A stretch of DNA of 28,041 nt, taken from Bdellovibrionota bacterium FG-2. GTDB taxonomy: Bacteria > Bdellovibrionota > UBA1018. Position numbers and translations under genes: made by a program. The first letter of the stretch is position 1, and each line of letters begins with the position of its first letter. This document shows, piece by piece, positions 1 through 8,723 of this stretch. The notes beneath the pieces are model-generated. The model had not been told where the DNA came from. It saw nothing but the letters and a program-made list of their open reading frames with translations, and searched no databases. The DNA lies in the NCBI GenBank assembly GCA_051382305.1, contig JBBCAV010000019.1, positions 1 to 28,041 of the forward strand, given 5' to 3'.

Positions 1-33
1 GTGGAGTAATGTCCATGGAGCGAAGGGAACCAC
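1..33 (+). ncRNA. Group II intron domain III, 3' part
   Basis: Hairpin GTGGA(1-5)/TCCAT(12-16) with a GTAATG loop, followed by the conserved GGAGCGAAGG and the 3' strand of the basal stem (GAACCAC). Confidence 0.7.
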
Positions 34-1466
34 ATCAAGCGAACCTATTTAAGCTCACTCCCGAGCCCTGTTCATATGGGCCATTTAAGGGATACGCGAG
101 ATTAGATCGGATAAACTTAGCTGCCCGCAAGAACGAAAACCTAAAATTCAAGGCACTTTTGCCTCAATTTTCGGTTGAAAATCTGCGGCAGGCATTCCGG
201 AGCCTAGACGGATCAAAGGCTGTCGGAATCGATCAAGTCACCAAAGATCACTATGCCAAGAATCTTGAGGCCAACTTGCAACAACTGGCTGATCGAATCT
301 CACGCGGCGGATGGAGACCCCAGCCCTCTCGTGAAGTTCTGATCCCAAAAGCCAGCGGCGGCACAAGGCCACTAGCCATCGGCTGCCTGGAAGACAAAAT
401 CGTCCAGCAACTGGGGGCCAAGATTTTAGAAGCAATCTACGAAGACTCGTTCCATCGCCACAGTTTTGGGTTTAGGCCCAAACGCAACACTCACCAAACT
501 ATTGCAAGACTCTACAAGGTCATTCAAGAGTGCGGGGAGAACTGTGTCGTAGTAGAAATGGACCTGGAGAAATTCTTTAACTCCATGGATCACGAGAAAC
601 TTCTAGAAATCTTATCGGTTAGAATCGAAGACCACCACTTTCTCCGGTTGATCCGAAGAATGCTGAGGAACTCCATTCTCACCGAAGAGGGCGAAATCAG
701 GCTAAATGAACGAGGAACCCCACAAGGTGCCCCAATCAGCCCGATCCTCGCGAATATCTATTTAGACGCTTGTCTGGACTCTTGGTTTGAACAAAACTGG
801 GGACAGCACGCGCAGATGGTGCGCTATGCTGACGATGCCGTTTTCGTGTTTACGGACATGAAAAGGGCGGAGGAATTTAAAAACAGCCTGGCCAACCGTT
901 TTGAAGACTTTAAGCTCAAAATGAACGACAACAAATCGGGCATTACGAACTTCAATCTTCACTCCCCGGAGGCAGAAATCCAATTCCTGGGTTTCCACCT
1001 TTATTGGGGAAAGAAATCCTCCGGCAGCTCAAAGAAGCTGCTTAAGGTAAAGACGTCACCCAAGAAGCTCGGTAAAAGCATTGAAGCTTTTGGCGAATGG
1101 ATCAAAGCCCGACGAAGCCGACTGACCTTAGATAAAATCTGGGCGCAAACAGCTCAGAAACTCCGAGGTCACTACAGCTACTACGGCCTAGTCTTCAACC
1201 GCTCAAAACTCAACCACTTCTACCACGCCATCACGGGGACGCTCTTTAAGTGGCTCAACCGCAGGTCTCAGAAGAGTTCTTACACTTGGGACGGCTTTAT
1301 AAAACGCCTCAGGTACAAGCCTCTTCCAAAGCCCTCGGAAGCCGCACTAATAGATATCACCTCTGGAACTGTTCCTGAGTTGAAACGTAAAATGAGGAGC
1401 CGTATGCGTAAATCGCGCACGTACGGTTCTAAAAGGAGTCCGGGCTTATCCCCGGTATTTACTTAA
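9..1466 (+). CDS. ltrA: Group II intron reverse transcriptase/maturase (RT0-7 plus X domain, no endonuclease domain); start codon uncertain
   Basis: Motifs KAVGIDQVT, IPKASGGTRPLAI, LEDKIVQ, SFGFRPKR, DLEKFFNSMDH, GTPQGAPISPILANIYL, RYADD, FLGF; X-domain LRGHYSYYG and WLNRRSQ; no HNH motif. Confidence 0.95.
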   Translation: MSMERREPHQANLFKLTPEPCSYGPFKGYARLDRINLAARKNENLKFKALLPQFSVENLRQAFRSLDGSKAVGIDQVTKDHYAKNLEANLQQLADRISRGGWRPQPSREVLIPKASGGTRPLAIGCLEDKIVQQLGAKILEAIYEDSFHRHSFGFRPKRNTHQTIARLYKVIQECGENCVVVEMDLEKFFNSMDHEKLLEILSVRIEDHHFLRLIRRMLRNSILTEEGEIRLNERGTPQGAPISPILANIYLDACLDSWFEQNWGQHAQMVRYADDAVFVFTDMKRAEEFKNSLANRFEDFKLKMNDNKSGITNFNLHSPEAEIQFLGFHLYWGKKSSGSSKKLLKVKTSPKKLGKSIEAFGEWIKARRSRLTLDKIWAQTAQKLRGHYSYYGLVFNRSKLNHFYHAITGTLFKWLNRRSQKSSYTWDGFIKRLRYKPLPKPSEAALIDITSGTVPELKRKMRSRMRKSRTYGSKRSPGLSPVFT

Positions 1467-1467
1467 T
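1396..1467 (+). ncRNA. Group II intron catalytic domain V and branch-point domain VI
   Basis: DV: GAGCCGTA(1397-1404) pairs with TACGGTTC(1422-1429), AGC triad at 1398-1400, 2-nt bulge near 1419-1421. DVI: AAG/CTT, bulged A1461, GAGT/ATTT, CCGGG/CCCGG. The branch A is the 7th nt from a terminal AT. Confidence 0.92.
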
Positions 1468-3181
1468 GAAGATTACTGCAGCATATTTCAAGACACTGAT
1501 CTGGTGGATTTGCGCTCTTCTCACTTGCCTTGTGCTTGGACTTTACGCCTATCACTACACCGACATCCTTCTTACGGGAGACGCTGCCTATAACCATATG
1601 CAGGCCAAAGAAGTGCTTTCGCTTCGGCATTTAGATCTTGTGCATATCGGGTATCAATATTGTGGTTTAACTGACCATTTTATTCCCGGAATTTTGAGTT
1701 ATTTTTTGCCCTATGGGCTCTCTGCGATTGCGGGCATCCTGGTTTTTTTCGGCGCAGGGTATTTCTGCATCCGAAATGAGTTTCAACCTTCACTCAGGCC
1801 TATGATACTCCTGCTGCTTGTGCTGCCTTTTCCATGCCTCTTCATTCAAACCTACTCGGCTCAAGGGGGGCACACCTATGTCATTTTTCAGTTCTTTTTG
1901 GGCATTTGGATCTTGAGCCGATCGTATTTCAAAGACAAACACGGAAGCTATAATGTCTTAACCTATGCCGTTGCGGGCCTTTCCTATGGGTTTGCGCTCT
2001 ATGCGTTTCTGCTCTCTCAGCTAGCGGGTATATGCCTTTTTGCGTGCCTGTTTTTCCTAGATCTTGTTCTTCTGGTTCGGGAAAAACCCCTCAAATATCT
2101 CGCGGCTCTCCCGCTTAAGATAGGCGCCGCTTGGATTGGATATAAGTTTGGCAACTTTCCCTACGCCTACTCGTTGCATCGTTTTCCGGATGCACACACA
2201 TTCAACACTCCGAATCAGATGAACTTTTCATCCTCTCATGCTCTCGAAACCCTGCCAAACTTGTGGGAGGCGCTTTCGCATTTGTTCATGCCTAATTTTG
2301 CACATGGGCTAATCCTTGAGGGATTTTACAATCACTTCAGTTTTCCGCTTCAGGAAGTTCTTGCCCATTATTCTTGGATCGGCGTTGCCATATGCAGCGG
2401 ATTCCTCGTGTGTTTTCTCTTGCTAACCTTGCGGGCACTGTGGCGATCGAGAATGAAGAATCCGTTCATCCTCTATTTGAGTCTTAATTTTGCCGCTTTT
2501 ACCGCCGCTTACCTTTTGCGAGCAGAAACCATTACCGCGATACATGGAACTAGGCACCTTATGGTCGTTTACTTTGTCCTGATTCTTGGGGTCATTCGCC
2601 TAATGAAGCCTCGTTACGGATTGATCCTCGCGTCTTTGATCGTTATCTTGAGTCTCGGCAGTCACTTTGAGATTCTCAGGGCAAATGGAGACTATTTAGC
2701 GAAATTGAATGAGGATTCGTCCTGCACTTCACTGACTCGCGGACAGGTCCAAACGCTTCTCCGCGAGATACAGCCGCCTGCAATGGCTGGCCCCTACATG
2801 ACGATCTGGCCTCTAGCACTCGCTTCTTACAACAACCTCGTTTTAGATGTCGAAAAACGCAAATTCTACTTTCATTTGGATGAGTTTAGCAGGCTGCCCA
2901 TGACAATGTTTTTCTACCACTCGGATTCCAAGGCCCAGATCCTTGAACGGATAAAGGCAGGGTTTCCTCGAATGCCCGGCGCAGATCAGAACCGAAGCTT
3001 TATAGAAACAGAGCTTGGTTTCTACACCGCATATTTTGAAATCATGAATCCTATCGCCTGGAAGGAGTTTCTCAAGAAGCGCTCGCTTCCCGAGGTTTCA
3101 GGATGGCCAGAGCTTATTGATCAAAAGGTCGCTGCGTTTGGAAAAGTCCCGTGTGCAAAGATGGCCCCCACCGTTTGGTAA
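1466..3181 (+). CDS. Polytopic membrane protein, putative GT-C-fold glycosyltransferase
   Basis: 571 aa with many hydrophobic helices; acidic motif after TM1 (TGDAAY) and GYQYCG; TRHL in a late loop; soluble C-terminal domain. Confidence 0.65.
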   Translation: MKITAAYFKTLIWWICALLTCLVLGLYAYHYTDILLTGDAAYNHMQAKEVLSLRHLDLVHIGYQYCGLTDHFIPGILSYFLPYGLSAIAGILVFFGAGYFCIRNEFQPSLRPMILLLLVLPFPCLFIQTYSAQGGHTYVIFQFFLGIWILSRSYFKDKHGSYNVLTYAVAGLSYGFALYAFLLSQLAGICLFACLFFLDLVLLVREKPLKYLAALPLKIGAAWIGYKFGNFPYAYSLHRFPDAHTFNTPNQMNFSSSHALETLPNLWEALSHLFMPNFAHGLILEGFYNHFSFPLQEVLAHYSWIGVAICSGFLVCFLLLTLRALWRSRMKNPFILYLSLNFAAFTAAYLLRAETITAIHGTRHLMVVYFVLILGVIRLMKPRYGLILASLIVILSLGSHFEILRANGDYLAKLNEDSSCTSLTRGQVQTLLREIQPPAMAGPYMTIWPLALASYNNLVLDVEKRKFYFHLDEFSRLPMTMFFYHSDSKAQILERIKAGFPRMPGADQNRSFIETELGFYTAYFEIMNPIAWKEFLKKRSLPEVSGWPELIDQKVAAFGKVPCAKMAPTVW

Positions 3182-3244
3182 AAACGAAGCCCGAAGGTAA
3201 AACTTGCCGCAGCCAGCCAGAACGCTCCTTTACAAAACCAACGA

Positions 3245-3273
3245 TTGTTGTTTCAAAAAAGAAGTAATACTGT
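3245..3273 (+). promoter_or_regulatory. Possible sigma70-type promoter for the GtrB-like gene
   Basis: TTGTTG(3245-3250)-N17-TACTGT(3268-3273), 14 nt upstream of ATG 3288. Confidence 0.3.
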
Positions 3274-3287
3274 CGTCTGATACAAAC

Positions 3288-4220
3288 ATGAAACTCATCA
3301 GCATCGTTACCCCCTGTTACAACGAAGAAGAAAACGTCGAGCCGCTACATACGCGCGTTAAGGCGGTCTTTGACTTAATAGCTGACCGTTATCGATACGA
3401 GTACATTTTCATCGATAACAGCTCAACGGATCGTACCGTTGAAGTTTTGAAAAAACTCGCTTCCCGCGACAAGAACGTCAAAATCATCGTCAATGCTCGA
3501 AACTTCGGCCACATTCGGTCCCCCCATCATGCTTTGCTGCAAACCAAAGGGGACGCCTCGATCACCTTGGCAGCTGACCTCCAAGATCCGCCGGAGCTCA
3601 TTCACGAGTTTATCAAGAAGTGGGAAGAAGGCTTTAAGATCGTCTTAGGAGTAAAAACCGAGAGCGCGGAATCTCCGCTGATGTTTGCGTGCCGAAAACT
3701 TTTTTACGACCTCATTGGCCGCCTCTCGGAAGTGAAACTAACCAAAAACAACACGGGTTTTGGGCTTTACGATCGAATCGTCATGGATGCCCTGAGAAAA
3801 ATCGACGATCCCTACCCATATTTTCGCGGTCTGCTCTCAGACATTGGGTTTGAGTCAGCAAAAATTGAGTATAAACAACCGCTCCGCTATCGCGGCCTCA
3901 CCAAGAATAACTTTTACACCCTTTACGACATCGCCATGCTGGGCATCACCAACCACTCAAAAGTCCCCCTTCGAATTGCGACAATGGCGGGATTTGCGAT
4001 GTCGGCGATTAGTTTACTCATTGCCGTTGGCTTTTTCGTTGCAAAGCTCGTCTTTTGGAGCCGATTCTCGCTAGGCCTAGCGCCTATCCTCATCGGCACC
4101 TTCTTCTTCTCGTCGGTACAGCTCTTTTTCATCGGAGTGCTCGGCGAGTACATCGGCGCGATTCATACCCAGGTATTGAAAAGACCGTTGGTGATTGAGA
4201 AGGAGAGGATAGGGTTTTAG
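3288..4220 (+). CDS. GT2 polyprenol-phosphate glycosyltransferase, GtrB/ArnC-like
   Basis: ISIVTPCYNEEEN, IDNSSTD, RNFG, ADLQDPPE, two C-terminal TM helices, GEYIG...RPL. ATG 3288 is preferred over TTG 3204 because the family N-terminus begins there. Confidence 0.9.
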   Translation: MKLISIVTPCYNEEENVEPLHTRVKAVFDLIADRYRYEYIFIDNSSTDRTVEVLKKLASRDKNVKIIVNARNFGHIRSPHHALLQTKGDASITLAADLQDPPELIHEFIKKWEEGFKIVLGVKTESAESPLMFACRKLFYDLIGRLSEVKLTKNNTGFGLYDRIVMDALRKIDDPYPYFRGLLSDIGFESAKIEYKQPLRYRGLTKNNFYTLYDIAMLGITNHSKVPLRIATMAGFAMSAISLLIAVGFFVAKLVFWSRFSLGLAPILIGTFFFSSVQLFFIGVLGEYIGAIHTQVLKRPLVIEKERIGF

Positions 4221-4225
4221 ATTCT

Positions 4226-5467
4226 ATGTTGTCCTTACCTTTTCTTATCCTAGCGAGCCAAGTCCTTGGATTTGACAAACGTTTTCCCTGGAGTTGGCTA
4301 CCGCCGATCATAAGTCGAGGATTTTGGGTCGTATTTTCTATCTTCTTTTTTGAGGTGGCACTCAATCGGGAACTTCGAATTAAGCTGAATCATGCTTGCT
4401 CGTGGATCGTCGATAGCCCTTGGTTCTATCGCGTGCTCCTGGCTTTAAACGCAGCGTACGTGTTTCTAAATTATTTCTATTTTAGAGACCTGGCATACCG
4501 TTTTCCATGGGTCGCCATCTTGCTGTGTTTCAGTGGGTTTTTCGTAGTCAAAAAAAATTCTATCGGGCGGGGATTTATTCTCTCCCTACTCCTGCTATTT
4601 TCTTCCATCCTATTTTTTCCGATTACTGATCGCCGTTCCGAGATGCTTCCCGTCATTTCAGAACTGATTACTGGTTGGAGAAACGGGCAACGCGGAATGG
4701 TTTTACCCTATTTTCCGGGCACGATCCTTTCTCATTTTCCAGCGGCATTAATGGGACTAGATTTGAGATGGAATACGCTAATCTATCGCGCGGGGTGGTT
4801 ATTTCTTCTTTGGAAGCAGGTGAAAAATCTTCCATCTGAATCTTCCTGGCGAGGCATGGCGATTTTTTTAGTCCTCAATCCATACTTGACTTATCGCCAT
4901 GAGGTCGGTTTTGAGTTTTTTGTTTTCTTAGTGGCTGTTTTCTGGAGTGCCTCTACGGCGCGTGGCGTCGTTCTTGCGGGCCTAGTGCTTACCCACGAGT
5001 GGGCATTAGTATTAACGCCCTTCGTTTTGCTAGATTGGGAAAAAAGGAGGCAATTCAAGCAAAGGCTTGGCGAATTCGCAGTCGGCCTAGGTTTTGGAGC
5101 TATTCTCATAAAACAAGTTTTTTTGGGTGGTTCTTTTTGGATTCTTTTTACTGCTGGCTTGGGATTGACCGGATCAAAACTAAATCCGCGTCTAGGGGAC
5201 TATGGGATTAGTTTTACACCGCTTTTTATAGAGCTCCGGTGGCTATCAACACTACAAATCGTACAGACTTCTGGAATCATACTCGCGTTCGGATGGGTGC
5301 TTATTCACGAGGCAAAGGAAACACAATATTGGGGTTGGGTAACACTTGCCGGAGTTGTTACATTAAGCTGTAATTACTCAAATTATTATTGGTTTCCTGT
5401 GGTGTTTTTTCTAATGATGGGCGTTTTGTGTGGTGAGATTCGAGAAGATTTTCCAGATACCCAATAA
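4226..5467 (+). CDS. Polytopic membrane protein, possible GtrC/GT-C-type transferase
   Basis: 413 aa, highly hydrophobic; RSEMLP and PYFPG motifs; directly downstream of the GtrB-like gene. Confidence 0.55.
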   Translation: MLSLPFLILASQVLGFDKRFPWSWLPPIISRGFWVVFSIFFFEVALNRELRIKLNHACSWIVDSPWFYRVLLALNAAYVFLNYFYFRDLAYRFPWVAILLCFSGFFVVKKNSIGRGFILSLLLLFSSILFFPITDRRSEMLPVISELITGWRNGQRGMVLPYFPGTILSHFPAALMGLDLRWNTLIYRAGWLFLLWKQVKNLPSESSWRGMAIFLVLNPYLTYRHEVGFEFFVFLVAVFWSASTARGVVLAGLVLTHEWALVLTPFVLLDWEKRRQFKQRLGEFAVGLGFGAILIKQVFLGGSFWILFTAGLGLTGSKLNPRLGDYGISFTPLFIELRWLSTLQIVQTSGIILAFGWVLIHEAKETQYWGWVTLAGVVTLSCNYSNYYWFPVVFFLMMGVLCGEIREDFPDTQ

Positions 5468-5474
5468 TAGCTTT

Positions 5475-7454
5475 TCAAACTTTTGCAGCACGATCTAGAA
5501 TTGCGAAATCTATTTTAAAAATCTTTGCCCCATCATTGTCATATACTTTTTTATAGTAGGAAGGATATTTCTCCCAATCTACGATGCCTTCGCCCCAATA
5601 ATGATAAGCACCTAGGTACACATATCTCACGTTTCTTTGCCTCAGTTCTGTCAAAGCGTCACGACTCGTAAGATCACCCGCTAGTTTCCGGAAAATCATA
5701 ATGTCATGCGAATTCTGGTCCTCAAAAACGTCCCCGGCTGTGAAGCCGAGGAATTCTTGTCGCTGAGCAAACACTTTTAAATACATCGAAGCATCGGTCT
5801 GAAAGCTCACCCCGTTTGTAAAAACGATATTAGCGGGCAGAAAATAGTCATTTTCATCCGTATTATTCCTAATCCACGCAAACGCTTTTAGGTCAGCCTG
5901 TGACACCGGACTTAAGTGCTGACTACCTGTAAAGGCATCATAGACACCTACTTTAAGCGAATCGATTCCATAAATTAGAAAAGCTCCGACGCCAATAGTA
6001 AACAAAACTGGGAAACGCCTCAGTTTTACAAAAACAACATAGATTCCAAACACGCTAAAAAAAAGAAACGGAATGAAATCGTTCAAACTAGAATAGTGCT
6101 GAATCGAACGATTAGATACAAAATGGGGAACTATGCAGCACAATCCAAACAGCGGCAAGAACAGGAGACTATACTCCCGCCTCCAAATCGCGCTCAAAAC
6201 GCTCGCAACTACGGACAAATAGACCCCGGAAAGTGCAGTAAGCCTAAAGAACTCATGCTTTTCAAAACCTAAAAACGAAGGCAAATCCATGAGAACCTTG
6301 CCAAACTGAGACCAAAAATCTCTAACAAACAGACCCCCTGCAGCTACACTTCCTGCGCCGCTGTGACCTGGAATAATATGCCCCCCGGAGCGGGTATGTG
6401 TTAACTCCCAAAACAACAAGAGCAGACCAACAACAAAATAAAGAAACGCGCCCCCAAAGGCCGCCCAGTCCTGACGACTGTATTTTCTCAATTCTGGCAC
6501 GGCGGTCAAGGCAATACACAATAAACCCAAAGGAAGAATAACTATGTTATTATAATGAATCATGATAGCAAATAGGCTCACAGTAAGAGCCACCCCATTG
6601 GACAATAGACCCGGAGCCCTCAGCGCCACGGTCACAGCCCAAAAGGAAGCGAACAGAAAAAAGTAACCAAAAATCTGAGAATTTTTCCCTGCGGTAAAAT
6701 AAAGTCTCGAAATTGAGACGGAATACATGCAGAGAACTATAATTCCCAGATACTCAACCCCTCTTTTTTTCAAGAATGTTATCAGAAACAATCCCAAAGA
6801 AAAACCACAGAGCAGGCTCATGAAATTCGTCGTAAACAGAACAGCGCGTGCAGCATCCACCCGAGTAAAGGAACAAAGAAGCGCCGTCCAATAAGCAGCC
6901 CCAGGAGGATAGCCAGACATGAATTTTGGAAACTGTGCCAACGAAAAACCAAATCGGCTCAATTTGTCCGCAATAATGACATTAGCGGTTGGATCATGAA
7001 GAGGAGGAACCAAGAGTCCCTGCGTGGGAGCAATGAAACAGTAGAACAAAATATTGAAAAGCGTAAAAATGGCGGCATCGCCCCAACTGAGAATGGGGAA
7101 TTTTAGGCCCGGACGCATTCTCCATAGGAGAAAACCACCCGCCAAATAGACTGCGGCCAGCCCCCCCCACTGAAACCCACTACTTAAATTGAAAAAATGG
7201 CCCAAAAAATAGACAAACGAGGTCACCAGACTCGATCCCAAAATAAAACCAATGAGCCCCTGCTGCCAGAACTCCTGTGACACTTTAACGAACCCCGAAA
7301 AAAAACCGATGAGCCATCCGGGCAACACAAACAGGAAAACAATGCCTATTATCAGCCGAAAATAATCGTAGTCGCTGTTCCCCGTGGAAAACAGAATCCA
7401 CAGCCCCGCAACAAGATTGAGAAGGAACGCAAATCTGACCCCAATTCGATTCAT
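5475..7454 (-). CDS. Polytopic membrane protein, putative GT-C-fold transferase (paralog A)
   Basis: About 660 aa; PPLHDP and GYPPG motifs; C-terminal soluble domain with AFAWIRNNT, VRYVYLG and KVYDNDGAKIF. ATG 7454 has a GAGG SD and matches the paralog N-terminus. Confidence 0.7.
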   Translation of the reverse strand: MNRIGVRFAFLLNLVAGLWILFSTGNSDYDYFRLIIGIVFLFVLPGWLIGFFSGFVKVSQEFWQQGLIGFILGSSLVTSFVYFLGHFFNLSSGFQWGGLAAVYLAGGFLLWRMRPGLKFPILSWGDAAIFTLFNILFYCFIAPTQGLLVPPLHDPTANVIIADKLSRFGFSLAQFPKFMSGYPPGAAYWTALLCSFTRVDAARAVLFTTNFMSLLCGFSLGLFLITFLKKRGVEYLGIIVLCMYSVSISRLYFTAGKNSQIFGYFFLFASFWAVTVALRAPGLLSNGVALTVSLFAIMIHYNNIVILPLGLLCIALTAVPELRKYSRQDWAAFGGAFLYFVVGLLLLFWELTHTRSGGHIIPGHSGAGSVAAGGLFVRDFWSQFGKVLMDLPSFLGFEKHEFFRLTALSGVYLSVVASVLSAIWRREYSLLFLPLFGLCCIVPHFVSNRSIQHYSSLNDFIPFLFFSVFGIYVVFVKLRRFPVLFTIGVGAFLIYGIDSLKVGVYDAFTGSQHLSPVSQADLKAFAWIRNNTDENDYFLPANIVFTNGVSFQTDASMYLKVFAQRQEFLGFTAGDVFEDQNSHDIMIFRKLAGDLTSRDALTELRQRNVRYVYLGAYHYWGEGIVDWEKYPSYYKKVYDNDGAKIFKIDFAILDRAAKV

Positions 7455-7532
7455 TTTCGTCGCCTCAGCCAAAATTTCTCCCAATCGCTCTTGATTTACT
7501 CATGCTCGGGAGTCAAAGAATTTATACACGAT

Positions 7533-8132
7533 CTAAACCGCGCTCTCCCACTTCGTCTGCCGCGCCTTAAGATCAGGATGACTTACGAGCAGATGCCAAA
7601 TAACTGCGCAAAGTCCCTCAGTATGGGGCGTAATGCGATCAGGGCTTGTCGGAGGAATAACAACACAAGCACGAGCAACCTGTTTGGTGTAGCCTCCATC
7701 CTTTCCGATAATTCCAAAAATCTTCGCTTTGACCTCAATTGCGACTTGGAGTGCCCGAATAAGGTTCACAGAGATATTCTTCTCTTTGTTGCCTCCCCCT
7801 ACAGAAAACACCAAGAGGGCATCTTTTTCGCTCAAACGAGAACCCTTGAGCCACTCTGAAAAACAACTCTCCCATCCCTCGTCGTTAATACGCGCCGTCA
7901 GTTCCGACACATTATCGGTTGGAGCATAAGATTCAAATCCACAGATTTTGCGAAAATCATTAACCGCGTGACTGGCATGCCCGGCGGAACCTCCGACCCC
8001 CAAAATGAAAAGCCTCCCGCCGCCGTTGCGCACCTGAGCAAGTCCCTGTGCGACTTGATCAACGTGTTCTGTATTAACCAAACGTAAAATTAAAACACTC
8101 TCCTCAATAAAATCTCGCGAAAATGAAGACAT
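7533..8132 (-). CDS. gmhA: SIS-domain phosphosugar isomerase, GmhA (phosphoheptose isomerase)-like, atypical motifs
   Basis: GVGGSAGHASHAVNDFRK, SELTARINDEGW, GKDGG; co-oriented with gmhB and hddC; ATG 8132. Confidence 0.75.
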   Translation of the reverse strand: MSSFSRDFIEESVLILRLVNTEHVDQVAQGLAQVRNGGGRLFILGVGGSAGHASHAVNDFRKICGFESYAPTDNVSELTARINDEGWESCFSEWLKGSRLSEKDALLVFSVGGGNKEKNISVNLIRALQVAIEVKAKIFGIIGKDGGYTKQVARACVVIPPTSPDRITPHTEGLCAVIWHLLVSHPDLKARQTKWESAV

Positions 8133-8156
8133 AAAACCTACTCTTTCCAAAGTTAT

Positions 8157-8723
8157 TTACTGTCCTAACAAAAAGTCAGTGAACTCCACAAGCGAACTTC
8201 CCCAAAAATCCGGTTTTATTCCAAGCTTCTCAAAAACCTTACAAGCATCACATTTTCTGGGACCCAAAAAAGCAGTTTTCACACCAAACCGCGCCCCTGC
8301 CTGAACGTCCGTGACCCCATCCCCAATCATCCAAGAATCAGCTTTCTCAAACCCCGGGTGCCGAGCCCAAAGAGTCTGTAAGAGGCCAATACCTGGTTTC
8401 CGACACAGACACAGATCCTCTCTCCTATGAAAACAAAGCTCAGAACTTAAAACCTTGGCTCCCTTAGCTTGAATGTCACTCAATATCTGAGCATGAACGG
8501 CATCAAGATTCTCTTTCGTTGTTTTACCCTTCGCTACCGCGGGCTGATTGCTCGCAATGACGAGCGCGAAACCCGCCCCATGGAGTCTTGCAAGTGCTTC
8601 CGGAACTCCCGGCACAAGTTGCACCTGATTCGAATGAAGAGGGCTATCGACTGTCCCCTGCTCGGGCTCAATGACCATTTCGTTTAACACTCCGTCACGA
8701 TCCAAGATTAGCAGCCCACTCAT
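8157..8723 (-). CDS. gmhB: HAD IIIA phosphatase, heptose-1,7-bisphosphate phosphatase-like
   Basis: LDRDGVLN, SNQP, Zn motif CFH...CLCRKP, MIGD...DVQAG. Confidence 0.85.
   Translation of the reverse strand: MSGLLILDRDGVLNEMVIEPEQGTVDSPLHSNQVQLVPGVPEALARLHGAGFALVIASNQPAVAKGKTTKENLDAVHAQILSDIQAKGAKVLSSELCFHRREDLCLCRKPGIGLLQTLWARHPGFEKADSWMIGDGVTDVQAGARFGVKTAFLGPRKCDACKVFEKLGIKPDFWGSSLVEFTDFLLGQ

Larger units (their letters stand above)
1..1467 (+). mobile_element. Group II intron, 3' portion (domain III end to 3' splice site); 5' end lies upstream of the window
   Basis: DIII-like GTGGAGTAATGTCCATGGAGCGAAGGGAACCAC at 1-33; RT/maturase ORF; DV at 1396-1430; DVI at 1433-1464 with bulged A1461; terminal AT at 1466-1467. 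Confidence 0.92.

Noticed and set aside
9-1466. RT as a retron, DGR, CRISPR-associated or defence RT
   Set aside because: It has RT0, YADD and an X domain with clear DV/DVI RNA. No VTG motif, TR/VR repeat, avd, cas1 or array was seen.
3204-3287. TTG-initiated N-terminal extensions of the ORFs starting at 3204, 7484, 8150 and 27108
   Set aside because: Downstream ATG or GTG codons fit the family N-termini and/or SD positions better.
7491-7859. 122-aa antisense ORF and the other 60-135 aa nested or antisense ORFs in the track
   Set aside because: They overlap well-supported genes and show no motifs, so they are shadow ORFs.
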